Positions 11,300-26,149 of a stretch of DNA of 64,000 nucleotides are shown here, piece by piece. Position 1 is the stretch's first letter; each line of letters starts with the position of its first letter. The DNA is from the human T2T-CHM13v2.0 reference genome, Homo sapiens: assembly GCF_009914755.1 (NCBI RefSeq), contig NC_060934.1. One strand, 5' to 3'. A model generated the notes under the pieces. That model saw nothing but the letters and a program-made list of their open reading frames with translations, ran no database searches and was not told where the DNA came from. Position numbers and translations under genes: made by a program.

Positions 11300-14270
11300 G
11301 TAGTGGTTTTCAAAGTTTGGTACCAGAACCTATGGGGTCCCTAGAATCCTTCTGGGGGCATGATGTAAAAATTATTCTTATGATAATACTAAGAACCTAT
11401 TTCTTTTTTACTCTCATTCTTTTGTGAACGTACAGTGGAGTTTCCCAGAGGCTTATGTGGTATTGATAGATGCAGGACGCAGATAAGGTGGGGGTCGAGG
11501 GGATCCCCAGAGAATCTCCGACCTACTCCGCAAGTGTTTACATCAGATGCTTTCGTGCAGATGAGGGAACCTGCCCAGGGTGTTGTCTGCACATGCCCAC
11601 AATGGACTGGGGACCCGCCTGTGCACTGGGAGAATAAGGTGGAGCCACAGGAAGTTCATGGCCTGTGCAGCAGGAGGAGCCTGGCCTCTTCTGGTCCTGT
11701 GTGTTGGCCTGGTACTCAATCTGTGAGGTGGTAGCATGTTAGCAGGAGTCCCTCTCAATTTGCTGACAGCTTTTTTTTTCTCCTTTTTCCTATTTGCCCA
11801 TACATTCTGCTCTCTTCACCCTTCAATGTGTCCACATGCCTCATTTATCCTGGTCATGACACAAGAACCGGGATTTAGCTGAACTAAGAAGCAAAAATTC
11901 TGCATCATTTTGGTGGCGTGTACAGGGACATGAGGAAGGGTGAGTAAGATGTGAACCAAAAAAATCATTTTCCCTTTTGTTTCTAAGCCTTTTTGTACTC
12001 GGACTTCTTATGAGGATAGAGGAAACTGTGTACCACCCTACCTCAATGGCCACAGGTGCTCCCTGCCCCCCTTCGCTCCTGACTGGGATGCATGGCCATA
12101 ACTGCCACAGGTGCGTGTGGTGTCTAACGGCCATGCTGGGCAGAAATGAGCCACAGCCACTGCCTGGGCCCCAAAGTGGCCTCAGGGACCCAGGCCCCAT
12201 GTGGCAAGCTGGCCAGTGTTCCCTGCAATGCATCTACGGAGTCTTCCCCACCCCTGGCCAAGGGGTCCAGCTCCATCAGACAGTAATTAAATTTCTCTCT
12301 CTGTTGTAGGAACCATTTGCATAATTAAAAAACATCTTCCCACCCCTGCACTTTAAGCTTTTTTTCTTTTCTCCACCAGGTCAGGAGTTAACTTTTAAGT
12401 GAGACCTTTTTTCCCCCTTTTAGAAAACGTTTTACTAGGCCAGGGCCCCAGCTGTCACTGTTTATATTCTCTGTAAAGTTTGAATTATAAAAAAGGATTT
12501 GTGAGGTTGGTCTTAAGCTGCAGCCAATCTGGTGTGCTCTGCATGTCTTTCTGTATGGTCAACAGCAAACTTTGCTGCAGGCCTCCATATTGTTTTACAT
12601 CCTTGGAATTGTGACCTGTAACCACATGGTAGTGCTTTGTTTTAGCTTCTGCCATTTTGCAATGGCAGCCTACGTTCAATCCTGGCTTAGGGAATGAGTC
12701 TTTTCTGGTTTGATATCTGTGTGACTTTTGCCATTTGTTGATTGTCTTCCATTCTACAAACTGCCTTGGATTTTCCTTTTCCTGAGCCTTTAGTAAAGTT
12801 TGAAAGCCAGAAATATTGGCCTCTTGGCACAGCTAAAGTGGGGTAACAGGGATATAAAGGGTTTTCTTAAAGAGTGCTCAGCTTAATTAAAAGTGAATGT
12901 CCAAGTTACAGGTATATTTAAAAGGCCTTTATGTTTTTTCTTCTTGGCTCTTGCTTTCCTGGAAAAAGGTTTTTTTCTCATTTGACTGAATTATTTTTCT
13001 CCATTTTGCCTTGCCACTCATAATATACTCATGAGTGGGGAGAGACCTCGGATTTCCTCATGCAGCCTCAGGAATTAGAGGCGGATGGAGCCCTCTCAAA
13101 ATCTGTTTTGTCTTCCAGCCATACCTGTTTATTAGGCCCTAGAAACTGCATGTTTTCCTAGCCTTGCTCTTAAGGCTCCCGCTTGCAGTGCAAACCAGTA
13201 AAAGGCCTCAGGATTTTTGAGCTCTTCTTATCCCACCTTGTTTTCTTTTGATACATGTTTTCTAATAACCCAGTTTGTCTCTTCTCACCTTCAGGCCAAC
13301 AAACTCCAACCAGTCATGCAACTAGAGCCCTGGACAATGCCCTCTTCTACTGGGAACCCTTAGATCAAACTCTGAGGGAGATCTGACTGCTGTTTTCCCA
13401 AAACAGTACCCCTTGTCAGCAGGACGCACTTCAGATTTGTCTTTGCCTTATCCTTATCCTTACTCTAACAGCTCCATTAGATGTATTTCTTTAGGTGGGG
13501 AATGATAGATGCAGGAGGCAGCTGAGGGAGGGTCCCCAGAGAATCTCCAAGCCACCCCACAAGTGTTTACATCAGATGCTTTTGTATAGATGAGGGAACG
13601 TGCCCAGGGTCTTGTCTGCACATGCCCACAACGGACTGGGGACTTGCCTGCCTGCTGGGAGAGTGGAGTGGAGCCATGGGAAGTTCATGCCATGTGCAAG
13701 GGGGAGGGGCCTGGCCTCTTTAGCTCCTGTGTGGTGGCCTGGTACTCAATCTGTGAGATGGTAGCCTGTTAGCAGGACCCCCTCTCACTTTTTTTCTCTT
13801 TTTTCCTTTTTGTCCAAAAAATTCTGCTCTCTTCAGCCTTCAATTTGTCCATGTGCCTAAATTTTTCTGATCATAATACAAGAACCTGGATTTATCTGAG
13901 CTAAGGAGCAGAAATTCTGCATCAGTGTATGACATTGCAACAGATTAAGGCAGAAGCAGATTTGAGATTCTGGCTGTCCTCTGTGAAGCTACTCATGAGA
14001 TTTTCAAAATTATAAAACCACATCATTTTTCTCTCAATGATTTTTGTTTGGTGAAATATTGTATTTTGTTATAAAATGTATTATTTATGCTAATAGGTAA
14101 TAGGTTTATTTCTTAAATAAATTGATGCATAAATATTTAAAAGTTTTTTTTAGTTTAAATTTCTAATTTGGTGCCTATCAATGGATGTAGCACATGTAAA
14201 CTAAAGCTTTGGGGGTCCTCAATAATTTTTAAGAGTATAAAGTGTTCCTAAGACCAAAATTTTGCAAAAA
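11300..14270. mobile_element. hAT-Charlie-family element (11300-11463 and 13925-14270) split by an ERV insertion
   Basis: Starts tagtggttttcaaagtttggt…; Charlie-like sequence resumes after the second LTR and ends near gaccaaaattttg. Confidence 0.6.
11464..13924 (+). mobile_element. Non-autonomous ERV1 (MER4-group-like) provirus: LTR 11464-11907, ~1.6-kb noncoding internal region, LTR 13503-13924
   Basis: Two direct repeats tgatagatgcagg…aattctgcatca; tgg-starting PBS-like sequence after LTR1; donor gtgagt at 11940; purine tract before LTR2; gtat/gtgt flanks. Confidence 0.88.
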
Positions 14271-14729
14271 TATAGTTTCAAATTTATTTAAGGTACTTCA
14301 GGCTGTGGGAAAAGATATGGAAAACTCTCTATTTTATGAGGCTAGCATAACTGATAATAAACCTAAAAAATAACAAATGAAAAAATACAAGTATAGCTCA
14401 ATTACACTGATGAGCCTAAATGCATAATTCTAAATAAAAATATTACTTAATAGAATCCAAGACTGTATAAAATAAAATAATATGCCAATTTGTAAGTTTT
14501 AATGTCAGTGTTATAATTATTTTTTATATCTGGAGATCTAGTAACATAATTTATGACATCAATAAATTTTAAAAGAATAAAAACATAAATTTATATCTAT
14601 AGATGCTTAATGATATTTTAGGCAAATAAAACTATAACTAAAATATAAATTGAGTAATTATTTAAATGGAAATAAAAATAATTTACCAAAACACCCAGTA
14701 AATTTTCCTGTTGCAAAATATTGAATTAA

Positions 14730-15070
<341 letters not shown>

Positions 15071-15199
15071 TTAAAATTTTTATTGCCATTTTTATCAAGT
15101 ACCAGACACTATTAATTACAGAGCATTATTTTGTGTACCTCTAAGAAAGAAAAATGCTAATTATTATTTTAAGGTGCCATGAATTAGACATGTTAAACT

Positions 15200-16700
15200 G
15201 TGAAAATATATATACTTTAGAACTGGCTAACTATAGTAAAATTGTCTTGGATGCTGCAAATACAATATCAAAAGAGAACAACTGGTGAAATATTGGATAT
15301 TATTATAATACAACTAGAAAATTCGAGAGATCCTAGTAAAAAAAACACTCAGTAGAATAAACTGGAAACTTCTGTAGTGACTGTATACAAAACAAATGCA
15401 CAAAACTTGAGCCAAAGCATCTAGAATTGGAAATGAATAAAAGTTGCATTCACTCAGATAACAACTTCAAAATACTTAGGAATAAAGTTGACAGGATTAC
15501 TAGAGATTCCACAGAATAAAACTATGTGATATCATTGAAGGCATATAATAAGGTCTGAACAAACAAAATGTAACATTTTTGGATGAGAAGACAATCTATT
15601 AAAATGTAAATCTCATAAAATAATATATATATATCCAAGAAATTCTATTTCAAATTCCAACTGACTTGTTTTTAATTGGATACAATTTCTTTAAGTGTAT
15701 ATAAAAATTAATGTGAGAGAGAAAATTTATGAAAAGTAGAACAGTGAGGGAAACTTGCTTTAATGGAACTCACATCATATTGCAAAGCCAATATATTCTA
15801 AGCAATAACAATAACATTGGTATAAGTTTACACAGAAATATCAGTTAACTAGACTAGGAAATTCAGAATTAGTTTTTATTTATATAAGAATTTAAGATAT
15901 GATTCAAAAGGTAGTGCAATTCAGGGGAGATAATAAGTTATTTAATAAATAATGCCTGAAAAATGTTATTGACCTTACAAATAGAATTCTATACCTTCTG
16001 ACATCATATATGTCCAAAAAATTCCAGCTATATGACACAAACTATAAAAAAGGAGGAGGAAAAACTTACAAGGAATGTCCAACGTGCCATCTTGTGTGAC
16101 AGAAGACCTTGTTTAATAAACAACAACAACAAAATCCTTGCAAGAGACAGAGATATTTCGTTATATAAAAAAATTAAACTTTTGCATGAAAATTTACTAT
16201 TAACACAGTTAATAAGTAAATGGTAAATTTGGAAAACTTTTATAAATCAGGCAAACTGAGGGTGATATTAATAACCTGAGAGAGCTGTTAAAAATTGTCA
16301 AGAAAAGGACACATAATTTATAAAAGAGTGACTAAACTCTGAGATGTTTCAAGGAAAAGAGGTCCAAATGGTCACAAGCATAGTCAAAGTTGTATAGTTT
16401 CACTAGTCATTTGAGAAAAGCAAATTAAAACAATAAGGAGATTTTTTTCACTATACAGCCATTTAATTGGCAAACATTTAAATGACTTATATTACCTATT
16501 GTGGGCAGAAGCATGGATAAGAAGGTAAAAAATTTTTTAAAAAGTACTTTCCTATGTTGCTGATAGAAATGTAAAACTGAATTTTAAAAGCAATCTGGTA
16601 ACAGCTACAGAAAGTATAATTTTACAGACCTTTTAAGCCATAAATCCTGATCGCATAGAAATGAAAGCTCCCATGTAGTGGCATGCATGCCAGGATATTT
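15200..16700 (+). mobile_element. Very old L1 (L1ME/L1MC-like) ORF2 3' fragments
   Basis: A-rich, degraded ORF2-like motifs (aaatacttaggaataaa; gcaaattaaaacaataag). Confidence 0.6.
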
Positions 16701-17104
16701 TACACAAACGTGTTTAGTGCCATCACTGTACCCACATGAACACTCACCCACGGGCAATCACTGGTAACTGTGGTGCACCGACTCCAGTAACACTGGAGTC
16801 TAATTACTATAGTCTAATTCCTCTACTTATTTTCCTAAAGAGAGTCTTGCAAGGCCTGAGAAGTCCAAAAATGTGTCATCCCAGCCTTCCACACCCATTG
16901 CCATATTTATGGAGGGAGGGAAGAAAGAGAAAAAGAGAGTCAAGACTCTTCAGAGGATTCGCTCCTCTCAGAGATCAGGAATGAAAAATTAACCAATAAA
17001 ATAACACTGGTGCACTTAGAGGAATTTCTATGTGCTAGACCTCACAGGACGGTGTATCAGGATCCAGTTTTGTTAAGCCATGACCAAATACTTTCTGTGT
17101 GTTG

Positions 17105-18021
<917 letters not shown>

Positions 18022-19044
18022 TACATATATATATATATATGTTTTTTTTTTAAAGAAATAGTTCTGTATTATATGAGCATGGGGAAAATATGGAAGTACA
18101 TATTAAGCTGTTAATAAATTAGTGTGAGGAGCTGCTGAAAAGAGTGACATGGAAAGGAAAGGGCATAAGGAGATCTGAAGAGAAAGAAAAAAGTTCAGCT
18201 ACACAGCATGTATATATCCATGCGACTGAGGACAAATAATTGAAAGAAAAAGTAAAAAGCAGAACATGGTTGCATTTATGCATTTATTTAAAATTACATA
18301 ATTATAATTTATATCCTTTATATAGAAATAATTAAACAAGTTTAGCAAGTAATTTCAAATTACAAAGAAAGCCCTAAGAAAGCACTCAATATAATCACTT
18401 AAAAGACCAAAAAGTATGCATGATAATTTAAAGCTTAGTAACTGGGAATGGTCCCATATTGAGACAGGAATATTTCCTGACATCCAGAGAATTGTTTCCT
18501 ATAAATAAAGATTTTGGTGCTTACCTCTAAGTGATGTCTAGGACATGTCCAATCATGAATAGAAAAACACTGAACTTCACAGCGGGTGTAAAGGGAGAAA
18601 CCATTGCCCTTTAGACATTGGAAAAGTTCTTATGTTCTTGCTTGCCTTGTGATCTTTTATTGTGAAACTTGCAAAATAAATTGATCTTGGCTGTTACCTG
18701 CTCTTTTATATTTAACCCTCCCTCCTATGCTACAGTTAAAGTCACAGACCAAATTATTTATCATAATCAAAGCAGAAGTGGGTCAAGCACAGATTTAATA
18801 ACTATTTAATAGAATTTAATATTGATTTAATAGATATTAAATTTAAATTTAATATCGATTTAATAGAATATTTAATAGAAAAATAATAACAATAACATAT
18901 CCCTAAGGACCCTCAGGCAAACAGTAGCCCTTCCTGAAATGTGAGAACCTGGCCGGCCATGTGCTTGTCTTTCAGAAAAGTGTCTGAATCTGATATGAAA
19001 ATTCAGAAGTTATTCATACAATATATTCTCATTGGAAAACTTGA

Positions 19045-19590
19045 ACCATTTGGCCCAACAATCCCATTACTGGCTGTACACCCAGAAGCTTATACATCAT
19101 TGTGTTATAAAGACGTGTGCCTGTGTATGTTTATTGCGGCACATTCACAATAGCAAAGCCGTAGAATCCACCTGAATGCCCGTGCATGACAGACTGGAGA
19201 AAGAAAATCTGGTCCGTATACAACACGAAATGCTGTGCAGCCGTAAAAAAGAACAAGATCGTGTCCACTGCAGGGACATGGATGGAACTGGAGGCCGTTA
19301 TCTTTAGAAAATTAACACAGGGACAGAAAACCAAGTACCACATGTCCGCACTTATAAGTGGGAGCTAAATGATGAGAACACATGGACCCAGAGAGGGGAA
19401 CAACACACACTGGGGCCTTTCGGAGGGCGGAGGATAGGAGGAGGGAATCAGGAAAAATAACTGATGGGTACTAGGCTTAATACCTGCGCGATGAAATAAT
19501 CTGTACAACAAACCTCCATGACACAAGTTTACCTGTGTAGCAAAACTGCACTTGTACCCCTGAACTTAAAATAAAAGTTAAAAAAAGAAT
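19045..19590 (+). mobile_element. L1PB/L1MA-type 3' end
   Basis: ORF2 C-terminal peptide (…WMELEAVIFRKLTQGQKTKYHM…ISGS), then 3'UTR ending cttgtacccctgaacttaaaataaaag. Confidence 0.9.
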
Positions 19591-19677
19591 TATCTTAATA
19601 TAGATACAATAAGTTGTCATTTCTAGAATTAAAAACATGTATCTTAGTATGAATCAAGTGCGTAAATGGTAGGAAAA

Positions 19678-20990
19678 TGTTATTTTATTGGCTAATTTTT
19701 CATCCCTGACCTCTAAGAGGAGCGAGTCCTCTGAAGAGTGTTGACTCTCTTTTTCTCTCTCTTCCCTCCCTCCATAAATATGGCAATGGGTGTGGAAGGC
19801 TGGGATGAAGCATTGTCGGACTCCTCAGGCCTTGCGAGGCTCTCTTTAGGGAAATAGGTAGAGGACTTAGACTCCGGCGTTACTGGAGTCGGTGAACCAC
19901 AGTTACTCAGTGATTGCCCATCAAGATTGTTCCATCAGTCTTGGATTCTATTAGGTAATATTTTTATTTAGAATTATGCATTTAGGTTCATCAGTGTAAT
20001 TGAGCTATAGTTATAGTTTTCCTTTTTTATTTTTCAGGTTTATCATCAGTTATGCTAGCCTCATAAAATAAATTGAGAGTTTTCTGTATTTTTCCCACAG
20101 ACTGAAGTACCTTACATAAATTTGAAACTCTTTTTTCTCAAAATGTTTAGTCTTAGGAACACTTTACACTCTTAAAAATCATTGAGGACCTCCAAAGCTT
20201 GAGTTTATATGTCCTACATCCATTGATATGCACCAAATTAGAAATTTAAACTAAAAAAATTTAAAATATTTATGCATCAATTTATTTAAAAATAAACCTA
20301 TCACATATTAGCATAAATAATATATTTTATAACAAAATACAATATTTCACCAGACAAAAATCATTCAGAGAGAAAAATGATGTGTTTTTATGTTTTTGAA
20401 AATCTCCTGAGTAGTGTCATAGAGGACAGCCAGAATTTCATTTCTGCTTCTGCATTCATCTGTTGCAATGTCATACACTGATGCTGAATTTTTGCCCCTT
20501 AGTTCAGCTAAATCCAGGTTGTTGTGTTGTGACCAGGAAAAACTAGGCACGTGGACTCATTGAAGGGTGAACAGAGCAGAATTTTTGGGACAAAAAGGAA
20601 AAAAGAGAAAAAAAGTGAGAGGGGGGCCCTGCTAACAGGCTACCATCTCACAGATTGAGTACCAGGCCACCACACAGGAGCTGAAGAGGCCAGGCCCCTC
20701 CCCCTTGCACATGGCATGAACTTCCATGGCTCCACTCCAGTCTCCCAGCAGGTAGGCATGTCCCCAGTACGTTGTGGGCATGTGCAGACAGGACCCTGGG
20801 CAGGTTCCCTCATTTATATAAAAGCATCTGATGTAAACACTTGTGGGGTGGGTTGGAGATTCTCTGGGGCCCTCCCTCATCTGCTTCCTGCATCTATCAT
20901 TCCCCCTTTAAAGAAATACATCTAACTAACTGCCATTAAGAGTAAGGATAAGGATAAGGATGAAGACAACTTAAACCGTTTCTTGTTGAT
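19678..20990 (-). repeat. Inverted local duplicate of 13415-14465 and 16752-17006 (includes a third LTR copy, ~20478-20899)
   Basis: Reverse-complement match, e.g. the identical peptide EVHAMCKGEGPGLFSSCVVAWYSICEMVAC in ORFs 13590+ and 20632-. The match continues into flanking non-LTR sequence. Confidence 0.92.
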
Positions 20991-21430
20991 TCTGGATATT
21001 AGACCTTCATCAGATGCATAGCGTGTAGGCATTTTCTTCCATTCTTTAGGTTGTCTGTTTATTCTGTGGCTAGTGTCTTTTGCTGTGTAGAAGCTGTTTA
21101 GTTTATTACGTCCCACTTGTCTTTCTGTTTTTGTTGCAATTGCTTTGCGTGCCTTCATCATGAAATCTTTACCAGGGTCTATTTCAGAATGGTATTTCCT
21201 AGGTTATCTTTAAGGGTTTTTCATAGTTTTAGGCTTAAAACTTAAGGTTTTAATATATTTTGAGTTGATTTTTTAATACAGTGTAAGGAAGGCTTTCCAG
21301 TTTCAATCTTCCGTACATGGCTAGCTAGTCATCACAGCATCACTCGTTGAATGATTGCAGGTGTGCAGCATTATTTCTGGGACTTCTCTACTGTTCCCTT
21401 GGTCCATGGGCCTGCTTTTGTACTAGTACC
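20990..21430 (-). mobile_element. L1 ORF2 fragment
   Basis: Minus ORF …LNSFYTAKDTSHRINRQPKEWKK…YASDEGLISRI. Confidence 0.85.
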
Positions 21431-21720
21431 CTCATGGGTGACTTTGAGGAATTCAAGACTTCAGTGGAGAAAATAACTGCAGATGTAGTGGAAATAGTAA
21501 GAGAACTATAGTTAAAATTGGAGCTTGAATATTACTGAATGGTTGCAATCTCATAATATAATTTTACCAAATGAGAAGCTACTTTTATGGATGAGCAAAC
21601 AATGTGGTTTGGTGAAATAGATTCCACTTCTGTTGAAGATGCTGTAAACATTCCTGAAATGACAGCAAAGGATTTAGAATATGACATAAACGTAGTTGGC
21701 GAGGCAATGACATCGAGAGA
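21430..21720 (+). mobile_element. Tigger1 DNA transposon fragment
   Basis: gactttgaggaattcaagacttcagtggagaaaataactgcagatgtagtggaaatagtaagagaact matches the Tigger1 3' region as I recall it. Confidence 0.8.
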
Positions 21721-21853
21721 ATTTTCTCTTCATGCTTTCATGTCCCCACATTGATGGAGCTGCCTCACAGAGCCTTTCTCAGAAGATAGCCCAGGCATTA
21801 CACGACACATGACTGTCATTAATGACAGGGAAAGAGTTACTTGTGCCATTTTC

Positions 21854-22128
21854 TTTTTCTTTATTATTATTTTTTTTCCTGAGACAGAGACTACCTCTGT
21901 TTTCCAGGCTGGATTGCAGTGGCGCAATCTTGGCTCGCTGCAACCTCTGCCTCTGGGGCTTCTGCATAGTTGGGGTTACAGGCTTGCACCACCACACCTT
22001 GCTTAATTTTGTGTTTTTAGTAGAGATGGGGTTTCACCATGTTGGTCTTAAACTCCTGGCCTCAAGTGATCTTCCTGCCTCAGCCTCCCAAAGTGCTGGG
22101 ATAACAGGTGTGAGCCACCAGTCCCAGC
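21854..22128 (-). mobile_element. Alu (antisense) with 16-bp TSD
   Basis: TSD tacttgtgccattttc at 21838-21853 and 22129-22144. Confidence 0.93.
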
Positions 22129-23779
22129 TACTTGTGCCATTTTCAATGTTTTACCACTCTCTATAGCTTTTTATCCTTCATATTCACCATTACTATCATC
22201 TTGTAAGGTTGTGTGACTTTTTTATAAATGACATTTGGATTCCCTTCTCATTTCCTATTGAGTATATTCTACAGTTATTCTCTGTGATTGCTATGGGGAT
22301 GACATATGATTTTATAAAATTATAACAATTTATTTTGAATCAATACCAATTTAACTTTAATTTTATATAAAAACTCTCCCTTTCCCCAGGTTTTTACTCT
22401 ACTTCACATTGTTTTGTCACTAATTACAGCTTTCTGCATTGTGTACATATTAACTTAGAATTATACTTATTTCTATACGTTTATATTTTAAATCTTGAAG
22501 AAAAATAGAGTACAATTCCAAAATTTCAAAAATACATGTTTTCATATTTTGCCACCTATTCACATTGACTAGATGTCTTTATAGGTCTAAATGGCTGTAA
22601 GTTACTATTTCCTTTTATTCAACCTGAATAATTCCCTTCAGCATTTCTTGTAGAGAAAAAATAATGAAATCAGGGATTGGAGGTCCCTATACAATTTTCT
22701 TACATCCCAAGTGTTCCTAAAACCAAGTGTTGAGCTTTAAGAAATTCTGAGTAAGTTTTTGTTTGTTTGTTTTTAACTAAGAATTTTGTGGAAACAGAGG
22801 GTAAAGAACTGGAATAAGCCTGTAGCAGATTTAGTATTTACAAATGACTGTCCTAATGATTATTTCACATCTGGAAAAACATGTTATGCATGCTAAAGAA
22901 ATCTGAAATTTAAAATATTTCCTAAGAACTACACACTTGACCTGTAAGTTTTAAGAAAATGTCATTCTTTTCTTGGTAGTTACATCAATCAACCTTATGA
23001 GATGTGAAATAATTATTAGTTAAAATAAGAAAGTTGAGGTGGAACAGGAGGCAGTTGTTTACATGGTTTGTTTGAGACATGCTAAGGGTGAATGTCCCTT
23101 AGACACTAATAGGAGATGTAGAGCACACATTGTTATGTTCTGTCCTGGAGTTTGGAGGAAAAAGCTCAGCTAGAAATATTTTTGGGGTGTTTCTCAACCT
23201 AAAGGTGGTATTTAAAGCCAGAGATCATCAAGGGAATGAAAATAGACAGAAAACAGTCCAAGAAATTGGCCTAGGGCGCTCCAAAGTTTATGACCTCCCT
23301 CAATTTTAAGGAATAAATAGTTTAAGGAAAGATTGTGGGCTGCAAAACTTGCTGGGAGACCTGGCTTGAGAAAGCCTCTTTGATGGGGTTAAGGTGGCCA
23401 CCAGACTAAGAACAATTGAGAGTGAAAGTGTTAGTGTGCCCAGGTCAAAAACCACTGTCCTCAAAACGCTCTCACCAGGATATCCCAAGTTTTCAAAAGA
23501 GCTGCCTGAAATGAAAATTTATGTCCCCATGATTAACTGATTTACTTCGTACCCCTAAAAACTATGTAAAAGAATTACATATATTTGTAAGAGTTGTTCC
23601 TGACATTTACTAAAGTTTGAAAACATTGTGCAATTTTGCAGACACTGTTTCCAAAAGATTTTTGGGATTTTGGAGAATTTGCTTTATTAGATGTATTATT
23701 TACCATTTTGATCTTAATTTGAGAGTAATATGTAATGGCTTTAGAACATTTTGTCTTTTATACTTGTAAGCATGCCTTA

Positions 23780-23898
23780 CAGCTCTCTTCCCACCGTAAC
23801 CACATGCCAAAAGCAAGGAAATTAACATGAGTGACCTAAACAGACCTTTTGCAGTAAAACACATGTTGATGAGATTACAATCCTGACCCCAAAACCAT
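23780..23898 (+). repeat. ~120-bp direct duplicate of 27369-27489
   Basis: cagctctcttcccac…gtgacctaaacagaccttttgcagtaaa…caatcctgacccc aaaaccat is nearly identical in both places. Confidence 0.9.
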
Positions 23899-24301
23899 CA
23901 CTTATTTTATGTATGAAACATGTAAAAAGATCAAGTATCATAAATTAATAGTATATTTTTGGAATCTAAGAACATTCTCTAAAGATGGGGTTGGTATTTA
24001 GGGGAATCTGATCAGTCAATGGTGTCTTCAATGTCCTTTCCCACCACAGCCCAGTACGGTCAGTGCTGTAACTGGCCACACATCAGAGGTCCAGGCCTGA
24101 CTCTCAGCTCTAGGATTTCTTAAAGCATTGTGGAGAGAATTTCCTTTTATGCACAACATATAATTATCCAAAAAATGGTGCCAATGTATTTTTCCAAGCA
24201 TACATGTACTCAACCCTCTCCTTCTAAACCTCTTCAATATCTGACTTCTAATCATTTCTCCTGGGTGGGTGCCCTCCCTCCTCACTGAACACCCCTCCCA
24301 C

Positions 24302-24387
24302 AGGGATGCCTCATTCCTAGGCTCTGGGAGGGATGCCTCATTCCTAGGCTCTGGGAGGGATGCCTCATTCCTAGGCTCTGGGAGGGA
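24302..24387. repeat. Minisatellite, 27-bp unit x3 perfect
   Basis: agggatgcctcattcctaggctctggg at 24302, 24329 and 24356. Confidence 0.97.
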
Positions 24388-25196
24388 GCCTAGGAATCTG
24401 ATCCCTGCACTGCTGGAGGAAGCCCATGGATTCCTGGTCATCCTTTCAATAGCCCTCACCCTCCAGACTCGATGCTGTGTGTGTTCTTGTTCCTCAAATA
24501 GCTAAAGATGCACTGATATATACCTGTCACCAGCTCCTTCTTTAGAAGCTGGAAATCACCCATGCCCACCTAAAAATGTCTATAAAATGGTTGTCATCAT
24601 CTCCCACCCCCTGATCCTAACTTATAAGCAAATCACCATTTTTGAGCTAATGAGTCAGAAAGAAAGAAAACATACAAGTAATGGAGACCAAAGTAGGTAA
24701 AGAATCTTTGGAAGAGAGCACTCAATTTTTTCAAAGAGAAAAAAAAAATATTGTCTTTCCCTTCTGGCCTGTGAACTTATATTTGGCTGACTGAAGTCGC
24801 TAAGCAGGGTAGATTTAGCCAAAGGCGATGTGTCCAATCACCAGCATAAAGACGTCCTCTGTGTCACCATCCACACACAGGGCCTCTGATAGAACTCATA
24901 CAAAGTCCTCCATGTTAATATTCACCTGAAAATGGATAATCAGGGTGGCCAGCAAGACTGAAGAAGAAAGGATAATGCATGATAAGAACTGCAATGATTC
25001 CATTATTGGGGGGGTAGCACAGTGATTTCTAGGAAGCTGCCATTAGTGTGGATGTTAAGAAGTTCATTTTCTGATTGCTGGAGTGTCTGCATTTTTTACT
25101 TTTATGAACATGACTTTACAGTATCTGTATTATCAAAGTAATAAATTATTCAATTCTACTCCCCTGCCTGGAACTTAATACATAAAACACAAATTC

Positions 25197-25500
25197 CACC
25201 GGGCCCAGTGGCTCACGCCTGTAATCCCAGCACTTTGGGAGGCTGAGGTAGGTGGTTGTATCACCTGAGGTCAGGAGTTTGAGACCAGCCTGACCAACAT
25301 GGTGAAACCTCGTATCTACTAAAAGATACAAAAATTAGCCGGGTATGGTGGCAGACACCTGTAATCGCAGCTATTTGGGAGGCCGAGGCAGGAGAAGCAT
25401 TTGAACGCAGGAGGAGGAGGTTGCAGTTAGCTGAGACAATGCCATTGCACCCCAGCCTGGGCAACAAGAGCGAAACTCTGTCTCAAAACAAACAAACAAA
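25197..25500 (+). mobile_element. AluS
   Basis: Alu consensus with a caaa-repeat tail. Confidence 0.93.
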
Positions 25501-26149
25501 ACACACACAAAGTCAAATGTTCAAACATATTCCTGTACATCTGCCTACAGAGCAAAGAGATATTCTATTTCAAATTCTCAATGGAAGTAGGAACTCTTTC
25601 TGCCTTACTTTGAAGGAGAAACAAGTTATACGCTCATCACTAATAAATAATTTTGAGTGTGAAAGGCTACTGGTAGCAATTAGGCTTTCTTTTATTACTT
25701 TATTTATTATTTACTGCCTGCCTACCATATGCAACATATTTGTTAGTTTCAGAAATGTAAATTGTTGTATATGATCCAGGGTCCAATATCCAAGAAAATA
25801 CAATGCACTAAAAATGTCTATGTAGACATAATGCAAAAAATAAAGGGACAAATAAATGCCTGCTTATCGTTAGATATTTCATTGGTGGTAAGAATTACAG
25901 ATGCTTGCTATTCTTCCTTTTATTTAATAATTTCCTTTTTATTTTTTATTTTCCTCTATATTAATAAAATATCAACAATGGTATCTACCAGTTTTTGAGT
26001 TCTTATGATATGCCATTGTGGTTATGTTTTTCACACATTATCTCATCATCTCTATTCTTAAAATCTCCAGTGTCAGCAGTTACATAACTTCTCTTTTCCC
26101 TCATTACATCGGTGACCATCCATGACTCCTAAAACCTTAAAGCATTTGA

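Noticed and set aside
19678-20990. Inverted copy as a spliced retrocopy of an LTR transcript
   Set aside because: The junction has filler DNA and no AG acceptor at 16751; the copy begins upstream of the LTR and has no poly-A or TSD.
22200-22660. Similarity to 61260-61680 and 8900-9340 as another duplication
   Set aside because: Divergence and content fit independent copies of an old L1M family.
24028-24459. 143-aa ORF with repeated peptide, or a CRISPR-like array
   Set aside because: Contiguous 27-bp tandem repeat with no spacers, in eukaryotic DNA; no homology recognised.
24790-24930. Candidate AKR1C downstream exon on the minus strand
   Set aside because: The translation has stops and no AKR motifs.
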